Both the position numbers and the translations under genes were made by a program. Below are positions 1 through 11,799 of a DNA stretch of 64,000 nucleotides, one piece after another. Origin of the DNA: Anthoceros angustus (taxonomy: Eukaryota > Plantae > Anthocerotophyta); assembly GCA_010909165.1 (NCBI GenBank), contig VJWM01000068.1, positions 434,001 to 498,000 on the forward strand. The letters are read 5' to 3'. Within the stretch, counting starts at the first letter, position 1. Every line of letters starts with the position of its first letter. The notes beneath the pieces were generated by a model. It saw only the letters and a program-made list of their open reading frames with translations. It did no database searches and had not been told where the DNA came from.

Positions 1-30
1 TGTTAGACTTTCCTTGATAGACACCCTGGG

Positions 31-36
31 AGGAAG
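31..36 (+). repeat. Target-site duplication, left copy (AGGAAG)
   Basis: Immediately abuts the left TIR; the same hexamer abuts the right TIR. Confidence 0.95.
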
Positions 37-63
37 TATGGAATACCGATCTCGTCACACGGG
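37..63 (+). repeat. Left terminal inverted repeat (27 bp)
   Basis: tatggaataccgatctcgtcacacggg is the exact reverse complement of 30080-30106. Confidence 0.97.
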
Positions 64-1149
64 CCCTTTAGGGTTTTTTTCCATTGTGACCAAAGAAGTT
101 TTCCGGCCGCATACGGCGGGAAAACTTCGTACACACTTGACGACATCGGTCGCTCGCTACCGCCTCGTGTCCCGATCTCGCCACTAATGGTGTTTGTGTC
201 GAATCTTTTACGGTTGTGTGTGACACACAATGTTTTCGCTTTTAGGGTCAGTGAGGGCATGGGCCATCGGACATCCTTTCGATGACCCCATCCGCCTGCC
301 GCTTGCCCGCTTGCCATCACGAACCGCCACCGTGGCTTGATGGGAGATAGCGTGAGGAGACAGGCATGCTCGCAAGGCATAGGTGCCCTTCGCCTCGATA
401 GCGCAGCGCCATGTACGCCGCGCTACCGCTATCGCAGCCATCCAGCGTCAGGCGACAAGGGGCCAGCCATACAGCCTCGCGGTAGCGCACACCATCTTCA
501 CAACCAGCCTTTACATTGCACCACAACAAAGCCACCACCGGGCTCAACTCTCAAAACGCCGTAACAAACAAATCCAAATTGTCACCGCCTCCTGTCATGG
601 TGAGCGACAAAATGTCACCGCCTCCTGTGTCATGGTGAGCGACAAATCAATTTTCTCCAGCCTACACCTAGCTCACTCCGGCGGGCTGCAACTGGGCCAC
701 ACGCCTCACACCTCGTGCACCATAGACGCAGCAGGTGATGGCCGCCCACGCCCACGGGTGGCTTCACCTCCGCCCACCGGTGGAGGTATTCGGGCAATCG
801 TCCCTGTGCTCCTGCACTCCCTGCAGTGTTGTTAGTGCCATGTGCACCGATACATGTCCGGAGGAAGTCCATGTCCGCAATCCTTTGCATATGCATTGTC
901 CTCGCCATCTGCGGTTCTGCACAACCCACGCAGCGGCCCATACGATTCGATTCCCCTGCTCGCACAAATGGCGCTGGCGCGCCCTCCCTCCCTCCACAAT
1001 GTCAGAACTCATGACAAAATGAATGGACAGGCGACTGCGATTTGCTCACCGCTCCCGGTCATGGTGAGCGACAAAATGTCACCGAGTGGTGGCATCTCGG
1101 GGCCACGCTTTGTGCATACCGAGGGCCACCCACATCGAACTCCTCGCCA

Positions 1150-1915
1150 TCGCCTCCTCACCATATGCGGGTGGTCGCACCCACCCTTGTAGTCGACCTT
1201 CTTCTTGAATGCGATAGCGAGCACATGGCCGGAATGTCCCCCGCCGGCTGCCCCGATCTTCCGCACCCGTGCCTATTCCATACCGCCTCCAACGCCGAGC
1301 TCCGCCTCATCGTGGCATGAAGGTCACGCAGGAATGGATGTGCTGTGGGTTGGTGATGTCCAGTCACGCTCCTCACCATATCCATCATGTACCCTTGTAG
1401 AGGAATGCCCACTTCTCTCCCAAGGACCGCCAAATGCTCAATCCTCCGCAACCATCCCGCATTCATCGACTTCACCACCGCATAAGGAAAACGACCAACC
1501 TCCTAACTTTTACGGTTGTGCAGAGGGGCGGATGAAGTTGCTTCCATGTGCCCTTGGCCTCGCTCGGTTCATATCTCGCCTCTATTAGGTTGTGCTCGCT
1601 GCGTAGTCCGACCGAATCCGCGGATGCCCAAACTTCCTCACCGCTTCCACATAGGCGTTGAAAATCGTCCCCGCTTGTTATCCTCCAAGACCAACTGTGG
1701 GACGAATGGGTTGCCCCATCTATGGCCCTGCACTCAAGTAGAATTGGTACATCTTGTCATAAGTCGCGACAAGGCAACCATGCAGTGCTGATTGCGCCAC
1801 AACTCCCGCAATCACTTCTTCCTCGCAACGCGAACTGCGAACATCGCATGCCCCCTCTCACGCACTTACAATCCATATGCCACATGTACATGGGTGTCGA
1901 TTGGTATCGGATGCC
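1150..1915 (-). pseudogene. Second (tandem) copy of the transposase catalytic and C-terminal part
   Basis: About 385-1915 repeats about 1915-3420 with many small indels; contains WHMD, FGHPRIRSD, RIEH, GYMMDMVRS and WNRH. Confidence 0.8.
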
Positions 1916-2649
1916 ATGCGCCTCGCGCGCTGGCTATCGCGACCATCCGGCGTCGTGCGCTGAGGGCCAGCCATACGGGCCTCGGCGGTGGCGCACACCA
2001 TCTTCACGAACCGGCCTTTACATTGCACCACAACAAAGCCACCAGGCTCAACTCTCAAAACGCCGTAACAAACAAATCCAAATTGTCACGCTCCCGGGTC
2101 ATGGTGGCGCACAAAATGTCACCGCTCCCGGGTCATGGTGGCGCACAAATCAATTTTCTCCAGCCTACACCTAGCTCACTCCGGAAGCTCGTGGGCCACA
2201 CGCCCCTCACACCTCGTGCACCATAGGGCGTGATGGCCGTCCACGCCCACGGGTGGCTTGACCTCAAATCCAGTGGAGGTATTCGGGCAATCGTCCCTGT
2301 GCTCCTGCACTCCCTGCAGTGTTGTTAGTGCCATGTGCGGCCGATACATGTCGGGAGGAAGTCCATGTCCTGCAATCCCTTTGCATATGCATTGTCCTCG
2401 CCATCTGCGGTTCTGCACACAATGATGGCCCATACGATTCGATTCCCGTGCACACACAAATGGCGATCGCCCTCCTCCCTCCACAATCGTAACCTCTGAC
2501 AAAATGAATGGACAGGCGACTGCGATTTGCTCACCGCTCGGCAATTCTATGCGAGTGGTGGCATCTCGGGGCCACGTTTTGTGCATCTTGAGGGCCACCA
2601 CATCGAACTCCTCGCCATCGTCCTCCTCACCCCCCATATGCGGGTGCAC

Positions 2650-5554
2650 CCACCCTTGTAGTCGACCTTCTTCTTGGAATGCGATGCGAGCACATGGCGG
2701 GAATGTCACAGCCGGCTGCCACGATCTTCCGCACCGGTGCCTATTCCATACACGCCTCCAGCGCTCGAGCTCGCCTCATCGTGGGCATGAAGGTCACGTC
2801 GGGGAATGGATGTGCCGGGGTTGGTGATGTCGATTGCGCTCCTCACCATATCCATCATGTACCCTTGTAGAGGAATGCCCACTTCTCTCCCAAGGACCGA
2901 AATGCTCAATCCTCTGCAACAATCCGCATTCACGACTTCACCATCACTGCAGACAAAGCAGACCAACCTCCTAACTTTTACCTGGTTGTGCACAGAGGGG
3001 CCGCGGATGAAGTTGCTTCCATGTGCCCTTGGCCTCGCTCGGTTCATATCTGCCTCTATTAGGTTGTGCTCTGCTGCGTAGTCCGACCGAATCCGCTGCG
3101 GATGCCCAAACTTCCTCACTGCTTCCACATAGGCGTTGAAAATCGTCGTGCCCGCTTGTTATCCTCCAGCACCAACCAGGGGACGTAATGGGTTGCCCCA
3201 TCTATGGCCCGTGCACTCAAGTAGAATTGGTACATCTTGTCATAAGTCGCGACAAGGCAACCAGGCACCGTCGGTGATTGCGGTCACAACTCCCAATCAC
3301 TTCTTCCTCGCAACGCGAACTGCGAACATCGCATGTGACCCCTCCTCTCACGCACTTACAATCCATATGCCACATGTACATGGGTGTCGCATTGGTGTCT
3401 TGGGCCAGCGGATGCGCCTTGTCGGCCGTCGTGCCATGTGCTCCGGCCGCATCAAACGCAGCCTGGCACCGCCTCCTTGGGATTTCGATTCCATCCACAG
3501 CCTGCACGAATCGTATTCCAGCGTTCACGCTGCCGGTGATGGGTGTGTGCGTGGCAATCACTGCAGACAAGGAAAACGCACTACCTCCTAACTTTTACAG
3601 TTGTGCACGGAGGGGCGGATGAAGTTGCTTCCATGTGCCCTTGGCCTCGCTCGGTTCATATCGCCTCTATTAGGTTGTGCTCTGCGTAGTCCGACCGAAT
3701 CCGCGGATGCCCAAACTTCCTCACCGCTTCCACATAGGCGTTGAAAATCGTCGTTCCCGCTTGTTATCCTCCGGCACCAACGAGGACGTAATGGGTTGCC
3801 CCATCTATGGCCCGTGCACTCAAGTAGAATTGGTACATCTTGTCATAAGTCGCGACAAGGCAACCAGGCACCGTCGGTGATTGCGGTCACAACTCCTGCA
3901 ATCACTTCTTCCACCTGCGCGAACTGCGAACATCGCAGCCCCTCCTCTCACGCACTTACAATCCATATGCCACATGTACATGGGTGTCGCATTGGTGTCT
4001 TGGGCCAGCGGATGCGCCTTGTCGGCCGTCGTGCCATGTGCTCCGGCCGCATCAAACGCAGCCTGGCACCGCCTCCTTGGGATTTCGATTCCATCCACAG
4101 CCTGCACGAATCGTATTCCAGCGTTCACGCTGCCGGTGATGGGTGTGTGCGTGGCAATCACTGCAGACAAGGAAAACGCACTACCTCCTAACTTTTACAG
4201 TTGTGCACGGAGGGGCGGATGAAGTTGCTTCCATGTGCCCTTGGCCTCGCTCGGTTCATATCGCCTCTATTAGGTTGTGCTCTGCGTAGTCCGACCGAAT
4301 CCGCGGATGCCCAAACTTCCTCACTGCTTCCACATAGGCGTTGAAAATCGTCGTTCCCGCTTGTTATCCTCCGGCACCAACGAGGACGTAATGGGTTGCC
4401 CCATCTATGGCCCGTGCACTCAAGTAGAATTGGTACATCTTGTCATAAGTCGCGACAAGGCAACCAGGCACCGTCGGTGATTGCGGTCACAACTCCTGCA
4501 ATCACTTCTTCCACCTGCGCGAACTGCGAACATCGCAGCCCCTCCTCTCACGCACTTACAATCCATATGCCACATGTACATGGGTGTCGCATTGGTGTCT
4601 TGGGCCAGCGGATGCGCCTTGTCGGCCGTCGTGCCATGTGCTCGGCATCAAGCAGCGCCTCGTCACTGCCTCCTTGGGATTTCGATTCCATCCGATTGCA
4701 CACTGCACGAATCGTATTCCAGCGTTCACGCCGTCTTGGGTGATGGGTGTGTGCGTGGCAATCGGCGTGCACACCTCCTCCACGGACAACCTCCCATACA
4801 CCCGCGCCATGCCGCAGCCGCAGGAGCCTCGTCACCGTGCTCAAGCTGCAGCCTAGCTCCGTCGGTAGGCCTTTCAATGGCCTCCCTGCTTGCAAGTGCT
4901 GCACCGCCAAATCGTACACAGTTTGCGGTGTAAGGCGCGCGCTCAGCCCGCCGCGTCTCCTATGCATCCCTTCATCTCCCCCTTCCAGCCCCTCATCCCC
5001 ACCTGGCTGCTCGCACGAGAATTGCCTGAAGTGTTCACCGTCCGCATGATGATGGGCTTCCATGACCTCGATGCGGCCGTCTTTGGCGCCGCCCACCATC
5101 TTCCTCCTTCGGCCCCTGGAAGGCCGCCGGCCCATGGGCACCCTTCACTGCCGTTTTGCCCCACGTGATGGCCAAGGTGGAGACTCGGTGGCCTCAACAC
5201 CTCCAGACCTCGCGCCGCCTACTTGCATGGGAGCGCTTTTCCTGCCCATGCGCCTTCCTCCCGCTCAAACCCCAAATGCACCTCTCTGAGCAGTAGGCGC
5301 GATTTGATCCTCCTAACACTTTCCGCCCGAGTAATGGCATGTCCGCAGCCAAGGGTTTCAGACAAAGGGATCGACCGGCGTATGCCCACTCCGATTTTTT
5401 GTTCCGCTGGGACGGTCCGCCAGTTCAAGCGCTTGCGGGACGGGGGTTTCCACACCGCGGCTGCATCTGCAGAGGTAGACTGCCTGCAGCAAGTTCCTGG
5501 CTGAAAGCGCCCGTAGCTATCACGGTTTACTTTTCGTTTCCGCATTTCATTCAT
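2650..5554 (-). pseudogene. IS3EU-type DDE transposase (HTH + integrase core), intron-containing, frameshifted and internally duplicated as assembled
   Basis: Pieced across frames: MNEMRKRKVNRD start (5554); HTH LAVQHLQAGRPLKGLPTELGCSLSTVTRLL; RLSVEEVCTPIATHTP..NAGIRFVQ; PMYMWHMD (D1); YDKMYQFYL..AIDGATHYV.WLVLEDNKR; FNAYVEAVRKFGHPQRIRSDYAAEH (D2); NFIRGPSVHNQ|RIEH (E); GYMMDMVRS..DITNP..WNRH. This follows the WHxD..IDG..P.R.RSD..S.HNQRIE..WN.H pattern of this family. GT-AG intron 2914-2981 lies between HNQ and RIE; a GTAAGT donor follows WHMD. Confidence 0.88.
2950..4760. repeat. Three tandem ~600-bp copies of the transposase core segment
   Basis: Lines starting at 3361, 3961 and 4561 are identical; period 600 bp. 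Confidence 0.92.
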
Positions 5555-5814
5555 TGTTTGAAGTGCAGCCACAAGTGCACTCCAGCAACACTTCCAAACC
5601 AGCGCACGCACCAAACACCGCTGTCCGTATGTGAACAATCTAGAATGGGCCGCTCGCCGTGCAAACACACTTGCGTCCTGCCCATGCGCCTTGTCGGCCG
5701 TCGTGCCATGCGATTCTTTGGCGCCGCCCACCGAGGCACCTTCACTCTTCAGCCGCTTCGCAAACCCGGCAATGACAACCGCCTTACCTCAATGCGCAGG
5801 GTTCCACGACGGTC

Positions 5815-6950
5815 CTCTGCGAACATCGCAGCCCCTCCTCTCACGCACTTACAATCCATATGCCACATGTACATGGGTGTCGCATTGGTGTCTTGGGCCA
5901 GCGGATGCGCCTTGTCGGCCGTCGTGCCATGTGCTCGGCATCAAGCAGCGCCTCGTCACTGCCTCCTTGGGATTTCGATTCCATCCGATTGCACACTGCA
6001 CGAATCGTATTCCAGCATTCACGCCGTGCCGGGTGATGGGTGTGTGCGTGGCAATCAGCGTGCACACCTCCTGCACGGACAGCCTCCCATACACCCCGCG
6101 CCATGCCGTGTGCCGATGCAGGAGCCTCGTCACCGTGCTCAAGCTGCAGCCTAGCTCCGTCGGTAGGCCTTTCAATGGCCTCCCTGCTTGCAAGTGTTGC
6201 ACCGCCAAATCGTACACAGTTTGCGGTGTAAGGCGCGCATGCAGCCCGCCGCGTCTCCTATGCATCCCTTCATCTCCACCTTCCGGCCCTCATCCCCACG
6301 GCTCCTCGCACGAGAATTGCCTCAAGTTTTCACCGTCGCATGATGATGGGCTTCGCCATGACCTCGATGCGGCCGTCTTTGGCGCCGCCCACCATCTTCC
6401 TCCGCCGTCGCTGGAAGGCCGCGCGCGTCCATGGGCACCCTTCACTGCCGTTTTGCCCCACGTGATGGCCAATGTGGAACGGTGGCCTCAACACCCTCCA
6501 GACCTCGCGCCTTCCCGTCTGATGGGCGCTTTTCCTTGCCCCATGCGCCTTCCTCCCGCTTCAAACCCCAAATGCACCTCTCTGAGCAGTAGGATTTCGA
6601 TCCTCCTCCACTTTCGCCCGAGTAATGGCATGCAGCCAAGGGTTTCGTCGGGGCGCTCGATCATTGTTAGCGTATGCCACTCCGATTTTTGTTCCACGGA
6701 CGGTCCGATTCAAGCGCTTGCGGGCGGGGTTCCACCGCATCTGCAGAGGTAGATCACTGCAGCAAGTTCTGGTGGCGCCCGTAGCTATCACGGTTTAATT
6801 TTCGTTTCCGCATTTCATTCATTGTTTGAAGTGCGACCACAAGTGCACTCCACCAACACTTCCAAACCAACAGACGCACCAAACACCGTCTGTATGTGAA
6901 CAATCTAGAATGGGCGCTTCACGGCGTGCAAACACACTTGCGTCCTGCCC
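5815..6950 (-). pseudogene. Duplicate copy of the transposase N-terminal/HTH part
   Basis: About 5820-6950 repeats about 4530-5680, including the LKGLPTELGCSLSTVTRLL HTH and the MNEMRKRK start. Confidence 0.8.
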
Positions 6951-6969
6951 ATTTTACGGGCCATCGACA

Positions 6970-9450
6970 ATTAGCGATGGCTGCCTCTCCTATCTTCACT
7001 CTTGATGCTTCGCAAACCCGGCAAATGACAGAACCTGCTGTCTTACCTCAATGCGCAGGGGTTCCACGACGGTCCTCGGTGCGAACAAAAAGGCATGGGA
7101 TCTTCTAGCTATCACAGCGTATCCCGTGCGACCCCCCATTGTGTGGCATGCCCTGATAATCAGGTCACATGCTTCCAGCGTTTGGAATACTCCCTCTTCG
7201 TTCGATTCGAAGTCCATGTAACATATGAAATGCTCCCCTGTACACGAACGGCAATGACCGCGCCCACAAAAATTGTGTTGATCCAACTCCTCGGGAGGAT
7301 GCTCAATGTCCCAACCGCCGACAAACGAGCCTCACGCATGTTCCAATGCCGTGGCCCGGTCCACAGCACATGTGACGCCGGTCCCATTCCGCCCAACCGC
7401 CTCACCACTAGCTTCCAACTCCACTTCTCCGATTGCGTAACATCCATCGCTATCATTCCCTCCACTGCGACCATAGGGTGCCATCCAACCCGCTTTTCCT
7501 CCACTTTCGAACGACGGTGATTGCCGAAAAGGCGCCCTTCTCTCGAAAACTCCCACACAGAAGCCTCCATTGACTTCTCACAGAGCATGGTCACAGCTGG
7601 CGTTCCTATCTCGATGGTCAGGCACGCAGATTGCAATCCTGGGTCTTCGCGAATTGCATCCACAACGGCACCAACGTGCCATGCCAGTTCTTTGGCGCGT
7701 TCCAGCATTCCGTGCCCCATGCGTGCATGACAGCCTGCCCACCGAGGCACCTTCAGCTCCACCTCCAACCCAGACCTCAGTGGCTGTGGGCCACAATCTG
7801 TCCTCTCCACAGCAGCGAAAATGAAATCTTTGTGCATTGCGGACAACGCTGGAACCTCCAATACCATGAGTACCCATTTCCCCGGACCAGCATCGTGCCA
7901 CATTTCTCGCCTCCCGGTGCCATGTACGCTCGCATGCGGAGTCGTGGAGTGGATTTGCCGGGACTCTCCCACTCCCACACCGGCTCCACCGCCGCCCGGC
8001 TTCGAGCCACCGCCGCCCACGGCCTCCTCCGCCCGTCCGCGCATGTGCCGATCGTCGTTCGCATTGGCGCCTTCCGGCGAGGAAGGCGTTCGGCGCCGGA
8101 CGGCCACACGGCAAAACCGCCGCCCGATGACCACGCCACCGCAACCTCCGGTCGGCGCGCCGCCCACGCCGCGGCGGCGCATCATCTTGCCCGGCCCCCT
8201 TCCTCCACCGCCGCCGCTTCCACGGCCTCCTCCGCCGCCGCATCATGCCGCCGCCGCCGCCGCCGCATCATGCCGCCGCCCCTTCCTCCACTTCGCCGCC
8301 GCCGCCGCCGCCCGGCGCCCACCATCCACCTCGCCGCCTCGGATCGCCCCGCGCAGCGACGACGCGCCATCGCCCACGCCTCTCCTATCTTCACTCTTCA
8401 GCGCCGCAAACCCGCAAATGATGAACTGCCTTACCTCAATGCGCAGGGTTCCACGACGGTCCTCGGTGCGAACAAAAGGCATGGGATCTTCCAGCTATCG
8501 AGCGTATCCGTCGACCCCCATTGTGTGGCATGCCACGATAATCGGTCACATGCTTCCAGTTTGGAATACTCCTCTTCGCTCGATTCAAGTCCATGTAACA
8601 TATGAAATGCTCCGTCTGTTGTACACGAACGGCAATGACCGCGCCCACAAAAATTGTGTTGATCCAACTCCCTGGGGAGGATGCTCAATGTCCCCACCTG
8701 CCGACAAACGAGCCTCACTGCATGTTCCACTGCCGCCTGTGGCCCGGTCCACAGGCACATGTGACGCCGGTCCCATTCCGGCCCAACCGCCCTCACCACT
8801 AGCTTCCAACTCCACTTCTCCGATTGCAGAACATCCATCGCTATCATTCCCTCCACCTGCGACCATAGGGTGCCATCCAACCTGCTTTCCTCCACTTTCG
8901 AACGACGGTGATTGCCGAAAAAGGCGTCCTTCTCTGTGACCGAAAACTCCCACACAGAAGCCTCCATTGACTTCTCACAGAGCATGGTCACTGCTGGCGT
9001 TCCTATCTCGATGGTCAGGCACGCAGATTGCAATCCTGGGTCTTCGCGAATTGCATCCACAACGGCACCAACGTGCCATGCCAGTTCTTTGGCGCGTTCC
9101 AAAGATTCCGTGCCCAGGCGTGCATGACACCGCCCACCGAGGCACCTTCACCCACCTCCAACCCACCTCAATGGTCAGGGCCACAATCATCCTCTCCACG
9201 GCGAAAATGAAATCTTTGTGCATTGCGGACAATCCTGCAACCTCCAATACCATGAGTACCCATTTCCCCGGACCAGCATCGTGCCACATTTCGCCTCCCG
9301 GTGCCATGTACGCTCGCACATGCGGAGTCGGTGGAGTGGATTTGCCGGGGTCTCTCCCACTCCCACACCGGCTCCACGGTCGCCCGAGCTTCCGCGAGCC
9401 ACCGCCGCTTCCACGGCCTCCTCCGCCGCCGCCGCTGCGCATGTGCCGAT
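6970..9450 (-). pseudogene. Transposon cargo gene B, unknown protein, two tandem degraded copies
   Basis: Globular-looking peptides recur in both copies (~6970-8050 and ~8380-9450): WHDAGPGKWVLMVLEV..ERAKELAWHVGAVVDAIREDPGLQSACLTIEIGTPAVTMLCEKSMEASVWEFS..FAPRTVVEPLRIE, followed by a GTAAG donor. Confidence 0.55.
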
Positions 9451-10579
9451 CGTCGCGATTGAGCGCCTTCCGGCGAGGAAGGCGCGGCGCCTCGGATCGT
9501 CGAGATCCCCACCGCCGCCCGATGACCACTCGCCACCGCAACCTCCGCCGCCGCCGCCGCACCTCGCCACCGCCGCCGCCGCCGCCCACGCCGCCGCCCC
9601 TTCCTCCACTTCGCCGACTGCGCTGTCCTCCGGCCCGGGCGCCCGACCATCCACCTCGCCGCCTCGGATCGCCCCGCGCAGCGACGACGCTGGCCCATCG
9701 CCCACGCCTCCCGGGCCGCAAACTCGAATGGATCATACCCACCGCACACAAGAGTTGTGAGGCTCACGACGCCGACCGCGCAGCTTACATTTCGACCGGA
9801 GGCCACATAGCCCCGCCGCATCATGCCGCCGCCAGGGCGGCGAGTCAGACGCCCTTCGGAAAGCCGCATCAAGCATGGCCGTGGGCAATGGAGAACGCCG
9901 CCTGTGTGCAATCCACCCTGCAATCAACAGCGAGGTTTGAGAATTCATGGCTGACCGACGCAGATGCAGCATCGCGCACACGGGCTGACCACCTCTGTCT
10001 CCACTTCTAGGTGCACCTCCACAGAGATCGACGTCCAAAACGCCCCCTCCCAAGGTGGGTGCGCCAATCGGTTGATCCTGCCACCGCGGCCAGCAGGCTT
10101 CCACTCCACCTTCCGTTCGGACGACTGCTACGGGTTGTCCATGGCCTCTCCCACTCCTCCTCCGCCGCCATGGCTCCTTCGGCGCCGTGCCGCCGCACCT
10201 CCTCCTCCATCGCCTCCCGCTTCAACGCACCATCATGGCGGGCATTGAATGTGCACGGAATCATAGGTATACTTGCACGGCCTCGGGATCGTCGAGATCC
10301 CCACCGACCGCCTTTACGCCGCCGCCCATTCGCATCCGTGATCCGTCTGCAAGCGCCGCATATGCGCATGTTCACCGCACCCTTCCGCCCGCGCGCGGTG
10401 CAATTGCGATGCCATGCGTGCCACATGCATTCTCGCCACACCGCATTTTCAGCAAACATTGAATGTGCAATCGCGCACGATCGCACACCTTACAACGATC
10501 CGCAACTTAGCGGCACCTCCTCCATCGCCTCCCGCCGCCGCCGCTTCCGCGAGCCACCGCCGCCGCCGCCTCGCAACCC

Positions 10580-11290
10580 TTACTTGCCGCTCACCATCGC
10601 CGTGCTCCGCACCATCACGCCATTCCCAACCGCAACCAGATTACAATTTTGTGCCTTCACGGCCGGCACTTGGTTCTCGCTTCCACCGCCGCACTCGCAT
10701 CCTCGCCAAGTACTCAACATGGTTCTCCGTCGCCGGTTGATATCCCGGAACAACGCCTCCGTCTTCTCATTCCATTCCATTTCTCCATACCGCGAAATCA
10801 ACCAATTCATAATACCTCATAGGCCACCTCTCCACGGTCGGTGGCACTCGATGCGTGCACTGGAAAACCAAATCCTAAGGTCGTCAACAGTTTCTGGCAG
10901 CTCTCCTTTCCGGTACCTCTTCCATCCCGACGGCGGCCAACTGTCGAACACTTGGTGCATGAAAATGTGGCACTCCACCGGTAGGCACTCGCAGAATTTG
11001 TCCACCGCCACTCCATCCGGTCTCCCTCGCCGGCAGTCGACAGACGGCAAGTTTCTCTGGATAGCCCTCTATGCGCAGACACGGCTTTGATGGTCCTCCA
11101 CAAATGCCAAGAACTCGGACAGCTCCCGAGTTGATGGGAACCATAGGCCACGCAGAATGTACTCGCGAGCTTTGCATCTCCCATTCCTCCCGCCGCCCCT
11201 TCCACGCGCCGCACAAGGCCGTGCGCCGCCAGACCGCAAACATGCGCATCCGGCACCGTGATTTGCGCGGTCATCTGACATGGCTCCGAC
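10580..11290 (-). pseudogene. Transposon cargo gene C, unknown protein, frameshifted
   Basis: Consecutive ORF pieces read as one protein: REYILRGLWFPSTRELSEFLAFVEDH..DKFCECLPVECHIFMHQVFDSW..ELPETVDDLRIWF..YEVLMNWLISRYGEMEWNEKTEALFRDINRRRR. Confidence 0.45.
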
Positions 11291-11799
11291 TACCTACTCA
11301 CCGCCGCCACCTTCCACTCTTCAAGCGCAACCGCCAGCCGGAACACACCAACCCACCGGCCGCCTCGCTCGCCGCCGCCGCCACGATCTTGTGTTCCTCA
11401 TCCTCCTCCACGGCACGGGCGTCGGGCGCGTTGCCCTTTCCACCCACCGCCACCCGGCCGCGCCTTCCTTGCACGTAAATGTCGCACCCGTTTCCCTTCC
11501 ACCACCCGCTGCAACCGCCCCTTCCACTCCTCCTCCTCCGTCGCGGTTGATCCCGCCAAGTACTCGAACATGGTTCTCGCTTCCACCGCCGGCCGCCCAA
11601 ACCCAACCGCACACGCGTATCGCCACCCACTTCCCTAATTTCACTAACCCCTCCCTTTGGTGGCGTGGTGAGTAGCTCGCACACCACAAACCCCTTTCAC
11701 TTTGAGGCCGCCATACAACCTCCCAATTTTCATTTCCAACCAATCCATCTTCCGCCCAGTGGTGTGGTTTTGATATGCCGGACATACCACCGGAAGAGG

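Noticed and set aside
7570-7700. RNase H-like resemblance in cargo gene B (ELAWHVGAVVDAIRE..LTIEIGTPAV)
   Set aside because: Only a vague pattern with no identifiable catalytic residues.
7521-11090. Long Pro/Arg/Ala-rich plus-strand ORFs (for example 7821-8939, 8967-10010, 10011-11090) as genes
   Set aside because: Shadow ORFs in stop-poor GC-rich DNA; splice donors and protein-like peptides lie on the minus strand.
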